A stretch of 30,252 nt of DNA, taken from the IMG/VR virus record IMGVR_UViG_3300007983_000014, positions 1 to 30,252 of that record. The stretch is one strand, 5' to 3'. Positions 6,467 through 14,127 of the stretch are shown piece by piece (the stretch's first letter is position 1; each line of letters opens with the position of its first letter). Origin of the DNA: a virus. Lineage: Duplodnaviria; Caudoviricetes. Made by a program: the position numbers and the translations under genes. The notes beneath the pieces were generated by a model. The model did no database searches, was not told the origin of the DNA, and saw nothing but the letters and a program-made list of their open reading frames with translations.

Positions 6467-7114
6467 CTAGTGATTCAGTGACATGTGATAGGCAGTGTCC
6501 ACAATCTGGCCATGATTGACAGATGCATTTAAAGCTGCTGTGTCATTCAACGCGCCGATTGACTCATTGAAGATATGCTTTGCACCATCCATAACAAGGC
6601 CAGTCTTTGCAGCATTGCCGAAGTCACCTGCACCTGTAATGTAGTCAGCAGCAATGGCCGTTACTGTCCCTGTTACATCAGGGTGACACACAGACTCTAC
6701 ACGGGATTGCATGTTATCAAGATTGTTGCACACGGATTGATAGGACGCGTTTCTCTCGTTCTCTATCGTTACACGGTCCCAAGAGACAGAATTGCCGTAT
6801 TCAATAGCCTTCTCCCTTGTCTCCATCACCTCAAGAAATTTGTCTAATGAGCCTGTGGGGTTCTCGGGCTTAGTGCCGGGAACGTACTCAAGGCCTGGAC
6901 GCTTTGCTATTATCCTAAGAGGCATCGTTACGAGAGGATTACCAGCTTTAGCCATCTCACCAAGCGTATGAATTACACCATATGGGCCAGTTTTTCCAAC
7001 AACCATCGCGACGCGAGATACAATATCAGCTAGGACTTTTCCTGGACCCAGGCCGAAGCCTGTATCAATCCCTAAGCCAATCGGGCCCATGAACATCGCC
7101 GCGCAGCACATCAT
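6467..7114 (-). CDS. Hypothetical protein (~215 aa) with a Gly-rich hydrophobic N-terminus
   Basis: GGAG SD precedes ATG 7114. The track extension to 7324 crosses AT-rich, intergenic-looking DNA. Confidence 0.6.
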   Translation of the reverse strand: MMCCAAMFMGPIGLGIDTGFGLGPGKVLADIVSRVAMVVGKTGPYGVIHTLGEMAKAGNPLVTMPLRIIAKRPGLEYVPGTKPENPTGSLDKFLEVMETREKAIEYGNSVSWDRVTIENERNASYQSVCNNLDNMQSRVESVCHPDVTGTVTAIAADYITGAGDFGNAAKTGLVMDGAKHIFNESIGALNDTAALNASVNHGQIVDTAYHMSLNH

Positions 7115-7292
7115 TGACGGCTCCAATAAAAAATAATCAGCGAAAAACAGAACAACCGAAAGAATGACTCCCCCGGAAACAAGAGCCGGTGAAAGAACCA
7201 GACTAAATAAATGTAGGCGATGTAAATTAATAGAGTTTGCATTTTTAAGCACCATGTAAGACACGTCCTTGCTGTTCATAAGATTGTTGAAA

Positions 7293-8066
7293 TTACATGG
7301 CAATCTCAAATTGATCACCATCATGAATCACACGCGGGCGATTCTTTTGCCTATAGTTGTAAACGTCCACTAGCTGTATGACGTACTCACGAGCAGTGCT
7401 ACAGTATTTAATTGTATATGGGGCGTTTTCAATCTGCTTCAGCATTCGACCGTGGGAAATAAATGGGTTGGTGAAGATGTTCTTGCAGGCGCGATGAAAG
7501 GATAGCTGGTTGTAAATCTTGACGGGCTTGTAGTTTCGCGCTCTCATCGAATCCTTCAGGTCTAGAAAGCTTTTGATAGCACGGTTTTTTTCCTCTGAGA
7601 TCTCAAACTTGAAATCCCCGTTTTTAAATGCATGCATATAAGAAACATTTGCGCTATCAATCCAGTACAGCGCATTAACAATTTTCATATTATTGTCGTT
7701 ACAGTATGCCTTGAGAGCGATATAATCTTGCTTCCCATGAGAGACCCAATATTTCAAATAATCAGTTGTTTGCCAGGTCCTTCGTGAAGTGTTGAAGTCG
7801 ATCATCTTTTTCGGGGTGTATGCCTCATCGATGACATACCAGATTGTCTCCCCAAGATTCTTAGCAGCTGCAAGGCGATGCTGGCCATCAACAACTTCCA
7901 TCCTTGGATTAACAATGATGGGATTGATATGAAGATCATTGTAGTCCGCCATCATCATCTCAAGCCGTTTCACGTGTGACTTAGAGACATTCCTATTGTC
8001 ACCGCGCAACTTGAAAATGTCATACTTCCGCGTAGCTAGGATCTGTTTTGAAGTCTGTTCCATCAT
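7293..8066 (-). CDS. ParB/Srx-like N-terminal domain protein
   Basis: NRNVSKSHVKRL...NPIIVN....VVDGQHRLAAA motif. Confidence 0.8.
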   Translation of the reverse strand: MMEQTSKQILATRKYDIFKLRGDNRNVSKSHVKRLEMMMADYNDLHINPIIVNPRMEVVDGQHRLAAAKNLGETIWYVIDEAYTPKKMIDFNTSRRTWQTTDYLKYWVSHGKQDYIALKAYCNDNNMKIVNALYWIDSANVSYMHAFKNGDFKFEISEEKNRAIKSFLDLKDSMRARNYKPVKIYNQLSFHRACKNIFTNPFISHGRMLKQIENAPYTIKYCSTAREYVIQLVDVYNYRQKNRPRVIHDGDQFEIAM

Positions 8067-8074
8067 TCTTCCTG

Positions 8075-8932
8075 TTAGTCTGTAAGTGTTATTCTCCAGC
8101 TCTGAGAGCTTGAGGCTCTATAGTCGTCTAGATTGACGTGCATTAGCTCAGGCACCTTAGAGTAGTCGACAGAGCCCTTGCGGATCACCTTGCGGACTTT
8201 TGTCATTGCTCCCGCGCTGCTGTGTCCATCTGACAGTTTTATTAAATATTTGCGTGCCTCTAACTCCTCGTCTCGAGCCTTCTCCAGTTTCTGTTTTGCT
8301 GAGTAGAACCTTTGTTCAGCCATGAAAAACTCAAGGTCCTTCCTCTGAACATAGTCGCGGTCTGTGAGTTCTGGAGGGACTCCTTCAACCATGGATCTGT
8401 AAAACACTGATTCTCTGTTAATCATTTCCTTGATAAAGTTATCGTCCCTGCAGACTTCAACAAGATGGCGGCTTTGCTCAGAGAAAGACCAGTAATGTAA
8501 CATGTCCAATCCAGTGACTGCAAGTTGATGCTGCAATTGTGGGAAATATTTCTCAGGGACTTTCTTGCGCATAGCAATCGCGTGGTCTTTTTCGCCTGGG
8601 CACTTGATTTCAACAATCATCCTGTTTTTAAGATCGTACCCATCTAGGCTTGCCATCATCCAGGCGTGATGCGGAGAGAAGCAGACGCGGGGAGCCGCGT
8701 TATTGCCCGTGTACTCATTATAAGCTAGCAGCGCAGCCTCTTCTAGATCATGCCCTCTCTGCTGGTAGCGGTTCGTTTTCTCATCCGGAACAATCCCGCT
8801 CTTCAGTTGCCACAGCTCATATGGTGTCTTCCAAGGCGATACCCCCATAATTATGGGAGCATCGCTTGCGCCGATCTTGGTCTTTCGTAGCTCAAGCCAT
8901 TCAGGCGTGTTCTGCTTTACCATCGTTCTCAT
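8075..8932 (-). CDS. YqaJ-like viral recombinase exonuclease (lambda-exonuclease family)
   Basis: QNTPEWLELRKTKIGASDA, RGHDLEE, ASLDG, VEIKCP and YFPQLQHQLAV motifs. Confidence 0.92.
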   Translation of the reverse strand: MRTMVKQNTPEWLELRKTKIGASDAPIIMGVSPWKTPYELWQLKSGIVPDEKTNRYQQRGHDLEEAALLAYNEYTGNNAAPRVCFSPHHAWMMASLDGYDLKNRMIVEIKCPGEKDHAIAMRKKVPEKYFPQLQHQLAVTGLDMLHYWSFSEQSRHLVEVCRDDNFIKEMINRESVFYRSMVEGVPPELTDRDYVQRKDLEFFMAEQRFYSAKQKLEKARDEELEARKYLIKLSDGHSSAGAMTKVRKVIRKGSVDYSKVPELMHVNLDDYRASSSQSWRITLTD

Positions 8933-9494
8933 CCTTAATCAACTGTTCAATCCACTGAATTGCACCATCAAAGCGACTTGCTGGAATTGTTTCAAGAGAA
9001 CCCCCACAGCTCTCGAAAACAAATTTTCGAATACTTTCATGTTGCTTGATCAGGAATTCGATCTGCGCGACTTGATCAGGAGTGATATATTTAGAGGGCT
9101 TTTTGATATCTTTCGTCGCTGCGCTAGCTGCATTGCCGTCGTCGTCTTCAGCAGGGATACCAGCGATTGCCATAAGGCTATATCGCCGATAGTACGTGAT
9201 TGCGCTACCCAGCTTTTGAGGATCTGCAATGTCAGGGAGTACCATCTTGCTCTGAATCGACTCACCCGAGCAGTGTAGAAGAGTCGTCACTAGTGCTTGT
9301 CGGAACCCGTCCAACAGCTCCATTGTCTGAGTGACGGCTAAACCGTTTTCAGCAAAGGGAACGCGGATAGCTTCAAAGACGCTGGCTAGGTCCGCGTAGC
9401 TACTCTTGAAGAATGGGTTCTTCTTATCTTTCTTTGCCCCCTGCATCTTTGACTGTGCTTTACATAGTGCGATTGCTATATTGTCTGCTTCCAC
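8901..9494 (-). CDS. erf: ERF-family single-strand annealing protein
   Basis: KNPFFKSSYADL and GSAITYYRRYSL...EDDDGNAA motifs. GTG 9494 has a well-spaced GGAG SD (track start 9500). Confidence 0.9.
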   Translation of the reverse strand: MEADNIAIALCKAQSKMQGAKKDKKNPFFKSSYADLASVFEAIRVPFAENGLAVTQTMELLDGFRQALVTTLLHCSGESIQSKMVLPDIADPQKLGSAITYYRRYSLMAIAGIPAEDDDGNAASAATKDIKKPSKYITPDQVAQIEFLIKQHESIRKFVFESCGGSLETIPASRFDGAIQWIEQLIKDENDGKAEHA

Positions 9495-9503
9495 CTTCAA
9501 CTC

Positions 9504-9800
9504 CTATGACGTTACTTGTTTGAATTCTGCGTGAAGCACATCATGCACTGGCCTACATAGCGTGTCGATCTTGGCATGCTTCTTGGGAACATTAATTCCG
9601 TACTGGTCTGCTAAGTCTTCTAGCGCCATCTCAAGCACAGAGATGTTTCCAGTTGCGTATACCGCTTCAATCAAATCATAGATTGCGTCGTTGCACTTTC
9701 CAACGTGCGGAACCGAATCTATTGAGACATAACCCCTGTCAAAAAGGATGTCCTCGTTGTCTAGGTCGCTTAATTCGTATCTATCGTGAAATGCTGTCAT
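9504..9800 (-). CDS. Hypothetical acidic protein, first gene of the leftward early operon
   Basis: 98 aa; GGAGG SD at 9810-9806. Confidence 0.75.
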   Translation of the reverse strand: MTAFHDRYELSDLDNEDILFDRGYVSIDSVPHVGKCNDAIYDLIEAVYATGNISVLEMALEDLADQYGINVPKKHAKIDTLCRPVHDVLHAEFKQVTS

Positions 9801-9830
9801 TACTGCCTCCAGTTGCGTGTTGTTGCATAT

Positions 9831-9900
9831 ACAATAACACTTTAGTTATTTATATTGCAACGCATATGGTGTAGAAAAAAACACCAGCGTTGTGCATAAT
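9831..9900. promoter_or_regulatory. Divergent early promoters with a central palindrome (putative operator)
   Basis: Leftward TTGCAA(9860-9855)-18 nt-TATTGT(9836-9831). Rightward -10 CATAAT (9895-9900). Inverted repeat CAACGC..TGGTGT / ACACCA-GCGTTG at 9858-9892. Confidence 0.6.
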
Positions 9901-9925
9901 GTACCTTTAAGCAAGTGAGGACAAT

Positions 9926-10138
9926 ATGAAACTGAAAGATTTTATTAAAATGAACGGCCTCACATACAAGGCGTTCGGCGAAAGCATTGGAGCGACGAAG
10001 GCACAGATTGCGAACTATGTGCGCGATAAGAACGTGACTCTAATGGCTGCTCTTAAGATACAAAAAGCCACCTATGGCAAAGTTGCTCCACTCGATCTAG
10101 TAAGCGATCAGGTGAAGCGCGAGAAGGGACTGATATGA
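9926..10138 (+). CDS. Cro/XRE-like helix-turn-helix regulator
   Basis: MKLKDFIKMNGLTYKAFGESIGATKAQIANYV...ALKIQKATYGKVAPLDL is typical of Cro-like proteins; first gene of the rightward operon. Confidence 0.85.
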   Translation: MKLKDFIKMNGLTYKAFGESIGATKAQIANYVRDKNVTLMAALKIQKATYGKVAPLDLVSDQVKREKGLI

Positions 10139-10449
10139 TGAAATCACAGAATCGATTGCAGTGTTACTATAACCGTCAGTGCAAGCAAATCACTCTTTCA
10201 GAGTTTTGTGATCTTTTTGAAAATAATGAATACAGAAATGTAGCAAAAGATAAATTTGGTAAATTTTGTGTTTCTACAATATGGCTGGGCATAGACCATC
10301 AGTTTTGTGAAGGGCCACCTGTAATTTTTGAGACACTTGTATTTGATGATAGTGGAGATGTTTTATATAAAGAACGACATTCAACAGAGGAAGAGGCTAA
10401 GCATAGGCATGTAATGGTATGTCGCTCCTACAACATCGAAGAGAGCTAA
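10135..10449 (+). CDS. Phage hypothetical protein
   Basis: ATGA-coupled to cro; VSTIWLGIDH...GPPVIFETLVF motif familiar from uncharacterised phage proteins. Confidence 0.7.
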   Translation: MMKSQNRLQCYYNRQCKQITLSEFCDLFENNEYRNVAKDKFGKFCVSTIWLGIDHQFCEGPPVIFETLVFDDSGDVLYKERHSTEEEAKHRHVMVCRSYNIEES

Positions 10450-10467
10450 TTTAGCTCTCTCCTTTTC
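10440..10467 (+). terminator. Probable intrinsic terminator
   Basis: AGAGAGCTAA-T-TTAGCTCTCT inverted repeat followed by CCTTTTC. Confidence 0.6.
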
Positions 10468-10568
10468 GGTACACAGCATTCAATCACTGCTTACAGCAAT
10501 CCTTACAATAATCATCGAAAGGGTGTACGCTTTCTTGCTTTAGCTTAATTCCCGCCTATCGAATCGAG

Positions 10569-10658
10569 ATGGCAACCAAGGTGAAGATGAAGGACCTTGT
10601 CCCTGAAGAGTTCAAGAAATCAATCAATAAAGGCCAAGCCGGCTTGTTTGTGAATTAA
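10569..10658 (+). CDS. 29-aa small ORF not in the track (MATKVKMKDLVPEEFKKSINKGQAGLFVN)
   Basis: Its TAA overlaps the next ATG (TAATG at 10656-10660). Confidence 0.45.
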   Translation: MATKVKMKDLVPEEFKKSINKGQAGLFVN

Positions 10659-10885
10659 TGGAGGATACTATGTACTACGACAAATTAAGGGCGCTTCAGA
10701 CGCTAGTCAAAGAGATTGGCGGATTACAAGAGGGGTTCCGGTCTGATCTGTACGTTTTGACAGATACGGGAGACGTCAACAAGTCAGCTATGCGACGTTG
10801 TCGCAAGCGAACTACGGAACTGGTGCGGATGTATCGCGATTTCCGGCGCAATTCTATAGAGCTAGAGAAGACGCCTAAAGACTAG
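10658..10885 (+). CDS. Histone H1-like Hc1-family core-domain protein
   Basis: NKSAMRRCRKRTTELVRMYRDFRRNSIELEK matches the Hc1 pattern NKAAAQRVRTESIKLEKIAKVYRKESIKAEK (recalled). Alternative start ATG 10670 has a GGAGG SD. Confidence 0.65.
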   Translation: MEDTMYYDKLRALQTLVKEIGGLQEGFRSDLYVLTDTGDVNKSAMRRCRKRTTELVRMYRDFRRNSIELEKTPKD

Positions 10886-10936
10886 ATACTGTCTACTAAT
10901 CGAAGAGCGCAAAAGTCGCTCATGCACAAGAAAAGT

Positions 10937-10996
10937 AAGCTAGAAACAAGAACCCCCGCTAAGTCTCTCGGCGGGGGTTCCAATAGACACGAATAT
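10937..10996 (+). repeat. 60-bp direct repeat, copy 1 (contains a GC-rich hairpin)
   Basis: 54/60 identical to 11464-11523. Confidence 0.95.
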
Positions 10997-11014
10997 TTTA
11001 TAACGGAGATTAAA

Positions 11015-11470
11015 ATGAAAAAATACATAACAATAGTAGCTATGCTATTATCAATGAGCGTATGTGCTTTTGATGGAATTGAACTAACCGACCATGTAAT
11101 TGAAAACAATGTAATTATTGTAAAAGAACCGGTGCAAATTTATTTGGATAGAATAGCCTCTAATGCGGAGGGCTATATGTATTCTGGCTTCTGCGAAAAA
11201 CTTGGCTTCCACATTTTCGTGGACGAGGGCAGGGATGAGGTTTCGTTGGCCATTGGATACAAAAGTTATTGGATCACTCATGAGAAGAAATGGATAGATG
11301 GGGTGTCAAAAAGCCTAGACTGGAGAAATGAGTTGCCGGAAAGCGTAGAGGAGCTTGAGGATAGGACTATATTGACCTTCTTGGGTAAGAGAAAGCCAAC
11401 CATAGAGGTGTTCTTCAAAGATGGTGAGCCACACCATGCGATTATTAGCACTCGATGCAGGCCAAGCTAG
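11015..11470 (+). CDS. Secreted/periplasmic hypothetical protein (151 aa), moron-like
   Basis: GGAG SD, then MKKYITIVAMLLSMSVCA (Sec signal peptide pattern). Track start 10922 reads through the repeat hairpin. Confidence 0.75.
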   Translation: MKKYITIVAMLLSMSVCAFDGIELTDHVIENNVIIVKEPVQIYLDRIASNAEGYMYSGFCEKLGFHIFVDEGRDEVSLAIGYKSYWITHEKKWIDGVSKSLDWRNELPESVEELEDRTILTFLGKRKPTIEVFFKDGEPHHAIISTRCRPS

Positions 11471-11523
11471 AAACAAGAACCCCCGCCAAGAGACTCAGCG
11501 GGGGTTCCAATAGACATGAATAT
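11464..11523 (+). repeat. 60-bp direct repeat, copy 2
   Basis: Matches 10937-10996 and contains the TAG stop of the enclosed gene. Confidence 0.95.
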
Positions 11524-11528
11524 GTCAC
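11466..11528 (-). ncRNA. Candidate small antisense RNA 5 across repeat copy 2
   Basis: Minus-strand TTGCTT(11563-11558)-17 nt-TATCTT(11540-11535). AACCCCCGC/GCGGGGGTT stem followed by CTTGTTT. Confidence 0.55.
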
Positions 11529-11580
11529 ATCTGTAAGATATGACTTTGCCCGGACTTAAGCAAGGTGCTTAGATCAGGGC

Positions 11581-11660
11581 AAAAAGAAACCCCCAAAACG
11601 GTCCACAAATTCTTCCAAGGATTTGACCAAGATGGGGGCGCAAGTACCAAGAGGTTACTT
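11581..11660 (-). ncRNA. Candidate counter-transcribed antisense RNA of the replication-gene leader
   Basis: Minus-strand GTGAAT(11696-11691)-18 nt-TATTCT(11672-11667). Long stem closed by CCCCC/GGGGG (11590-11638), then TTTCTTTTT. Confidence 0.6.
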
Positions 11661-11758
11661 GAGCCTAGAATAGCCGATCGGCCTATTTTAATTCACGCTT
11701 AAGTAACTTCTTGATACTGTCGCTCCCACATAACAGCCCGAATGGGCAGGAGTCGATA
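11633..11758 (+). promoter_or_regulatory. Structured rep leader with mutually exclusive anti-anti-SD and anti-SD pairings
   Basis: 11633-11664 pairs with 11697-11728 (~30 bp including G-U pairs). Alternatively TGTCGCTCC (11718-11726) pairs with GGAGTCGATA (11749-11758). Confidence 0.65.
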
Positions 11759-12831
11759 TGTCACTTTCACCACTAGATCTTTTAGACAGCGGAAATTTTC
11801 AGACATACAACCGTCAAGTAGCGCGGGTTTTGGGAAGTGTGAACGCTGCTATCATGCTCGCGGAGCTAGTTAATAGATATAATTACCACAAGTCCGAGGG
11901 TGAGCTGAAATCTTTCCAAAAGTACGAAGGTGAGTGGTTTTATTATACGGTAGAAAAATGTACCGATAGAACTGTGCTGTCTCGCAAAGAGCAGGAGACA
12001 GCGATAAAAATTATTGAGAGGTTCAAGCTTTTTGAAAAACGGTCGATTGGAATACCTCCTAGGCGCCACTTTCGTCTAGACATAGAAAAAATTATTGAGT
12101 TCATCGGAGGATTAAAAGAACTCTTTATAAAGCCCGAAAAGGGCGCTATGAACGGACCGAAAGTGGCGATATGTAACGACCGAAAGTGGCGCAATAATAA
12201 AGAACCTGTATTAAAGACCCCAATCGAAGAGGACAATGTAGAGACCGTGTCCTCTCCCGTTCGGGAGGTTAATGCAAGCGCCAAGAACGAAAGCAAAAGC
12301 AACGAGTCCCCTAAGCCTACTCAGAAAATAACACCAGCCAGGCAGACAGATCCAAAGTCCAATCCAAAACCCAAATTCGTTGAACTGCTAAACCGAGACC
12401 AACGCATTTTGCACGACGAGATCATCGCTTATAAGCCTCGATGGGGCACAGCTCCAGAGTCCGACGCTGTCTGTGGATGGTTCAACTCAAAAACCACACC
12501 CTTCACGGTTGAGCAAGTTAGATCAGCGCTTGAGGTGTACAAGCAGGATGTGCTCGATGCTATCAAGCGCGATGGGCGGGTTGAATCCATGGGAGGCGCT
12601 ATTCGAGCTGTGTTGAACACGGGACGCAAGCCAAGGAACATTGACGCTGAGTTCAATCATCAGCACGCAGAGAACGCAGCGCGGATCAACCCGTTCATTG
12701 ATGCAACCAAATGCTATGCCAGGTTCAAAATCGGAGCGGGAGCAGAGGAGATAATGTACAACCAGCCAAAAGCCCAGTTTTTGCATCAATTCGAAAGGTA
12801 CAAGAGGCTCGCAGAGGATAATGAGCTTTAG
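11758..12831 (+). CDS. Phage replication initiator (N-terminal winged-helix, lambda O-like layout)
   Basis: GSVNAAIMLAEL...WFYYT....RTVLSRKEQ...IGIPPRRHFRLD N-domain, a central iteron/linker region and a separate C-terminal domain. Confidence 0.75.
   Translation: MSLSPLDLLDSGNFQTYNRQVARVLGSVNAAIMLAELVNRYNYHKSEGELKSFQKYEGEWFYYTVEKCTDRTVLSRKEQETAIKIIERFKLFEKRSIGIPPRRHFRLDIEKIIEFIGGLKELFIKPEKGAMNGPKVAICNDRKWRNNKEPVLKTPIEEDNVETVSSPVREVNASAKNESKSNESPKPTQKITPARQTDPKSNPKPKFVELLNRDQRILHDEIIAYKPRWGTAPESDAVCGWFNSKTTPFTVEQVRSALEVYKQDVLDAIKRDGRVESMGGAIRAVLNTGRKPRNIDAEFNHQHAENAARINPFIDATKCYARFKIGAGAEEIMYNQPKAQFLHQFERYKRLAEDNEL
12134..12202 (+). repeat. Three iteron-like repeats inside the replication gene (putative origin)
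   Basis: CCGAAAAGGGCG at 12134, CCGAAAGTGGCG at 12157 and 12180 (23-bp period), followed by A-rich AATAATAAAG. Confidence 0.75.
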
Positions 12832-13029
12832 CAGCCCAAATAAGCCACCTCAGAGGCCATAACGCAGGTGTCTGGATAATGTTATGAGTTTAATACCGGC
12901 TTACAAGCACAGACTAAGCCGCTAGACTCAATAACTGGCTACTATCTGAAGGCTTTAGAAAACCGATGGTATCAACCGAGGGCATCTTAAATGCTATCAC
13001 TCAACTCAAACCACAACAGGAGAAGATCG

Positions 13030-13410
13030 ATGACGTCAGTCAGTACACCAAAAAATCAATATGAAGAGGCTTTCTTTGATCTCTTGGACGAAGGAGACTA
13101 CCAGACCTATAACAGATCTGTAGCACGAGCAGTTGGGAGCGTTAACGCGGCAATCATGCTTTCAGAGCTTATTAACCGGTATAAGTGCAACCAAGAACGA
13201 GGCGAGCTGGTGACGTTCGACAAAGCGCCTGGCGAATGGTTCTACTACACTCTCGAAAAGTGCGAGGAGAGAACAGTACTTTCACGCAAAGAACAAGACA
13301 GGGCGATTAAATATCTTACGGATCATGGCTTGGTGATCAAGCAGTCCTTCGGCACTCCCGCAAAGCGACACTTCCAGATCAAGTGGAGCAGCATCTGCAC
13401 CACACTTTAA
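13030..13410 (+). CDS. Truncated paralogue of the initiator N-terminal domain (126 aa)
   Basis: Shares QTYNR.VAR..GSVNAAIML.EL.NRY, GEWFYYT.EKC and RTVLSRKEQ with 11758..12831. AGGAG SD precedes ATG 13030. Confidence 0.8.
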   Translation: MTSVSTPKNQYEEAFFDLLDEGDYQTYNRSVARAVGSVNAAIMLSELINRYKCNQERGELVTFDKAPGEWFYYTLEKCEERTVLSRKEQDRAIKYLTDHGLVIKQSFGTPAKRHFQIKWSSICTTL

Positions 13411-13448
13411 GAGCCTTCTGAAGATATGAAGCGCGCTGCATTTTATAG

Positions 13449-13904
13449 TTGTCTTACAACTTCACCTATTGTATACGAAAACATTTACGTTACATACTGA
13501 GGCTAAGCATCGAACAATTCACGCTGACTTTAGACGATGCCATTCCTCTTAACAGGTCACGCGCAGCATGCATCGATGGCAAGCCGCGCTTCTACTGCTC
13601 TCAGAGAAGGCATAAGCAGCGGGCAGGATGTGCGATACGTCAGCAATTGCACGAGATTGGCATTCTAAGCCCGATAGAGAGCATGTTGCATGTTGATCTT
13701 ACGTTTGGCATGGGAACGGCTAAAAAGAGCACAGAGGGCAAGTATAAGATCCACAGGCCAGACATAGACAATATGGTTAAGTTTTATTTGGATTGCATGA
13801 ATGAGCTGGTGTATGCAGACGATCGGCAGGTCGTCGAGCTTTCAGCGCGAAAGGTATACTCGTTTAAAAAATTCACTGTCATTAAAATATCTGTGATTAG
13901 TTGA
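13449..13904 (+). CDS. rusA: RusA-family Holliday junction resolvase (start uncertain)
   Basis: RPDIDNMVKFYLDCMN..VYADDRQVVELSARKVY catalytic motif. Confidence 0.88.
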   Translation: MSYNFTYCIRKHLRYILRLSIEQFTLTLDDAIPLNRSRAACIDGKPRFYCSQRRHKQRAGCAIRQQLHEIGILSPIESMLHVDLTFGMGTAKKSTEGKYKIHRPDIDNMVKFYLDCMNELVYADDRQVVELSARKVYSFKKFTVIKISVIS

Positions 13905-13951
13905 CGTTTGTGCAAAAGTTAATGCAATTATTTTAAATCCAGGGTGGAAAA

Positions 13952-14125
13952 GTGAATATTAAGTTACTACGATTGCTAGAAAAGTTCGAAGCCGATGTAG
14001 TCGCTCTCATGTCCGAGAGCCGCTTGCTATTTACAGAGGGACGAGAGGAAGAAGAGGCTAACTTTCTTATGGATGAAGCGCACGAAATTATAGATGAAGC
14101 GATCGAAAATATTCTCCTAGGGTAG
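13952..14125 (+). CDS. 57-aa acidic small protein not in the track
   Basis: GTG start after GGGTGG; MNIKLLRLLEKFEADVVALMSESRLLFTEGREEEEANFLMDEAHEIIDEAIENILLG; ends 2 nt before the next ATG. Confidence 0.65.
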   Translation: MNIKLLRLLEKFEADVVALMSESRLLFTEGREEEEANFLMDEAHEIIDEAIENILLG

Positions 14126-14127
14126 CG

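Noticed and set aside
7115-7324. Track's N-terminal extension of the 6467 ORF as a membrane segment
   Set aside because: It comes from T-rich intergenic-like DNA overlapping the upstream gene; a good SD precedes ATG 7114.
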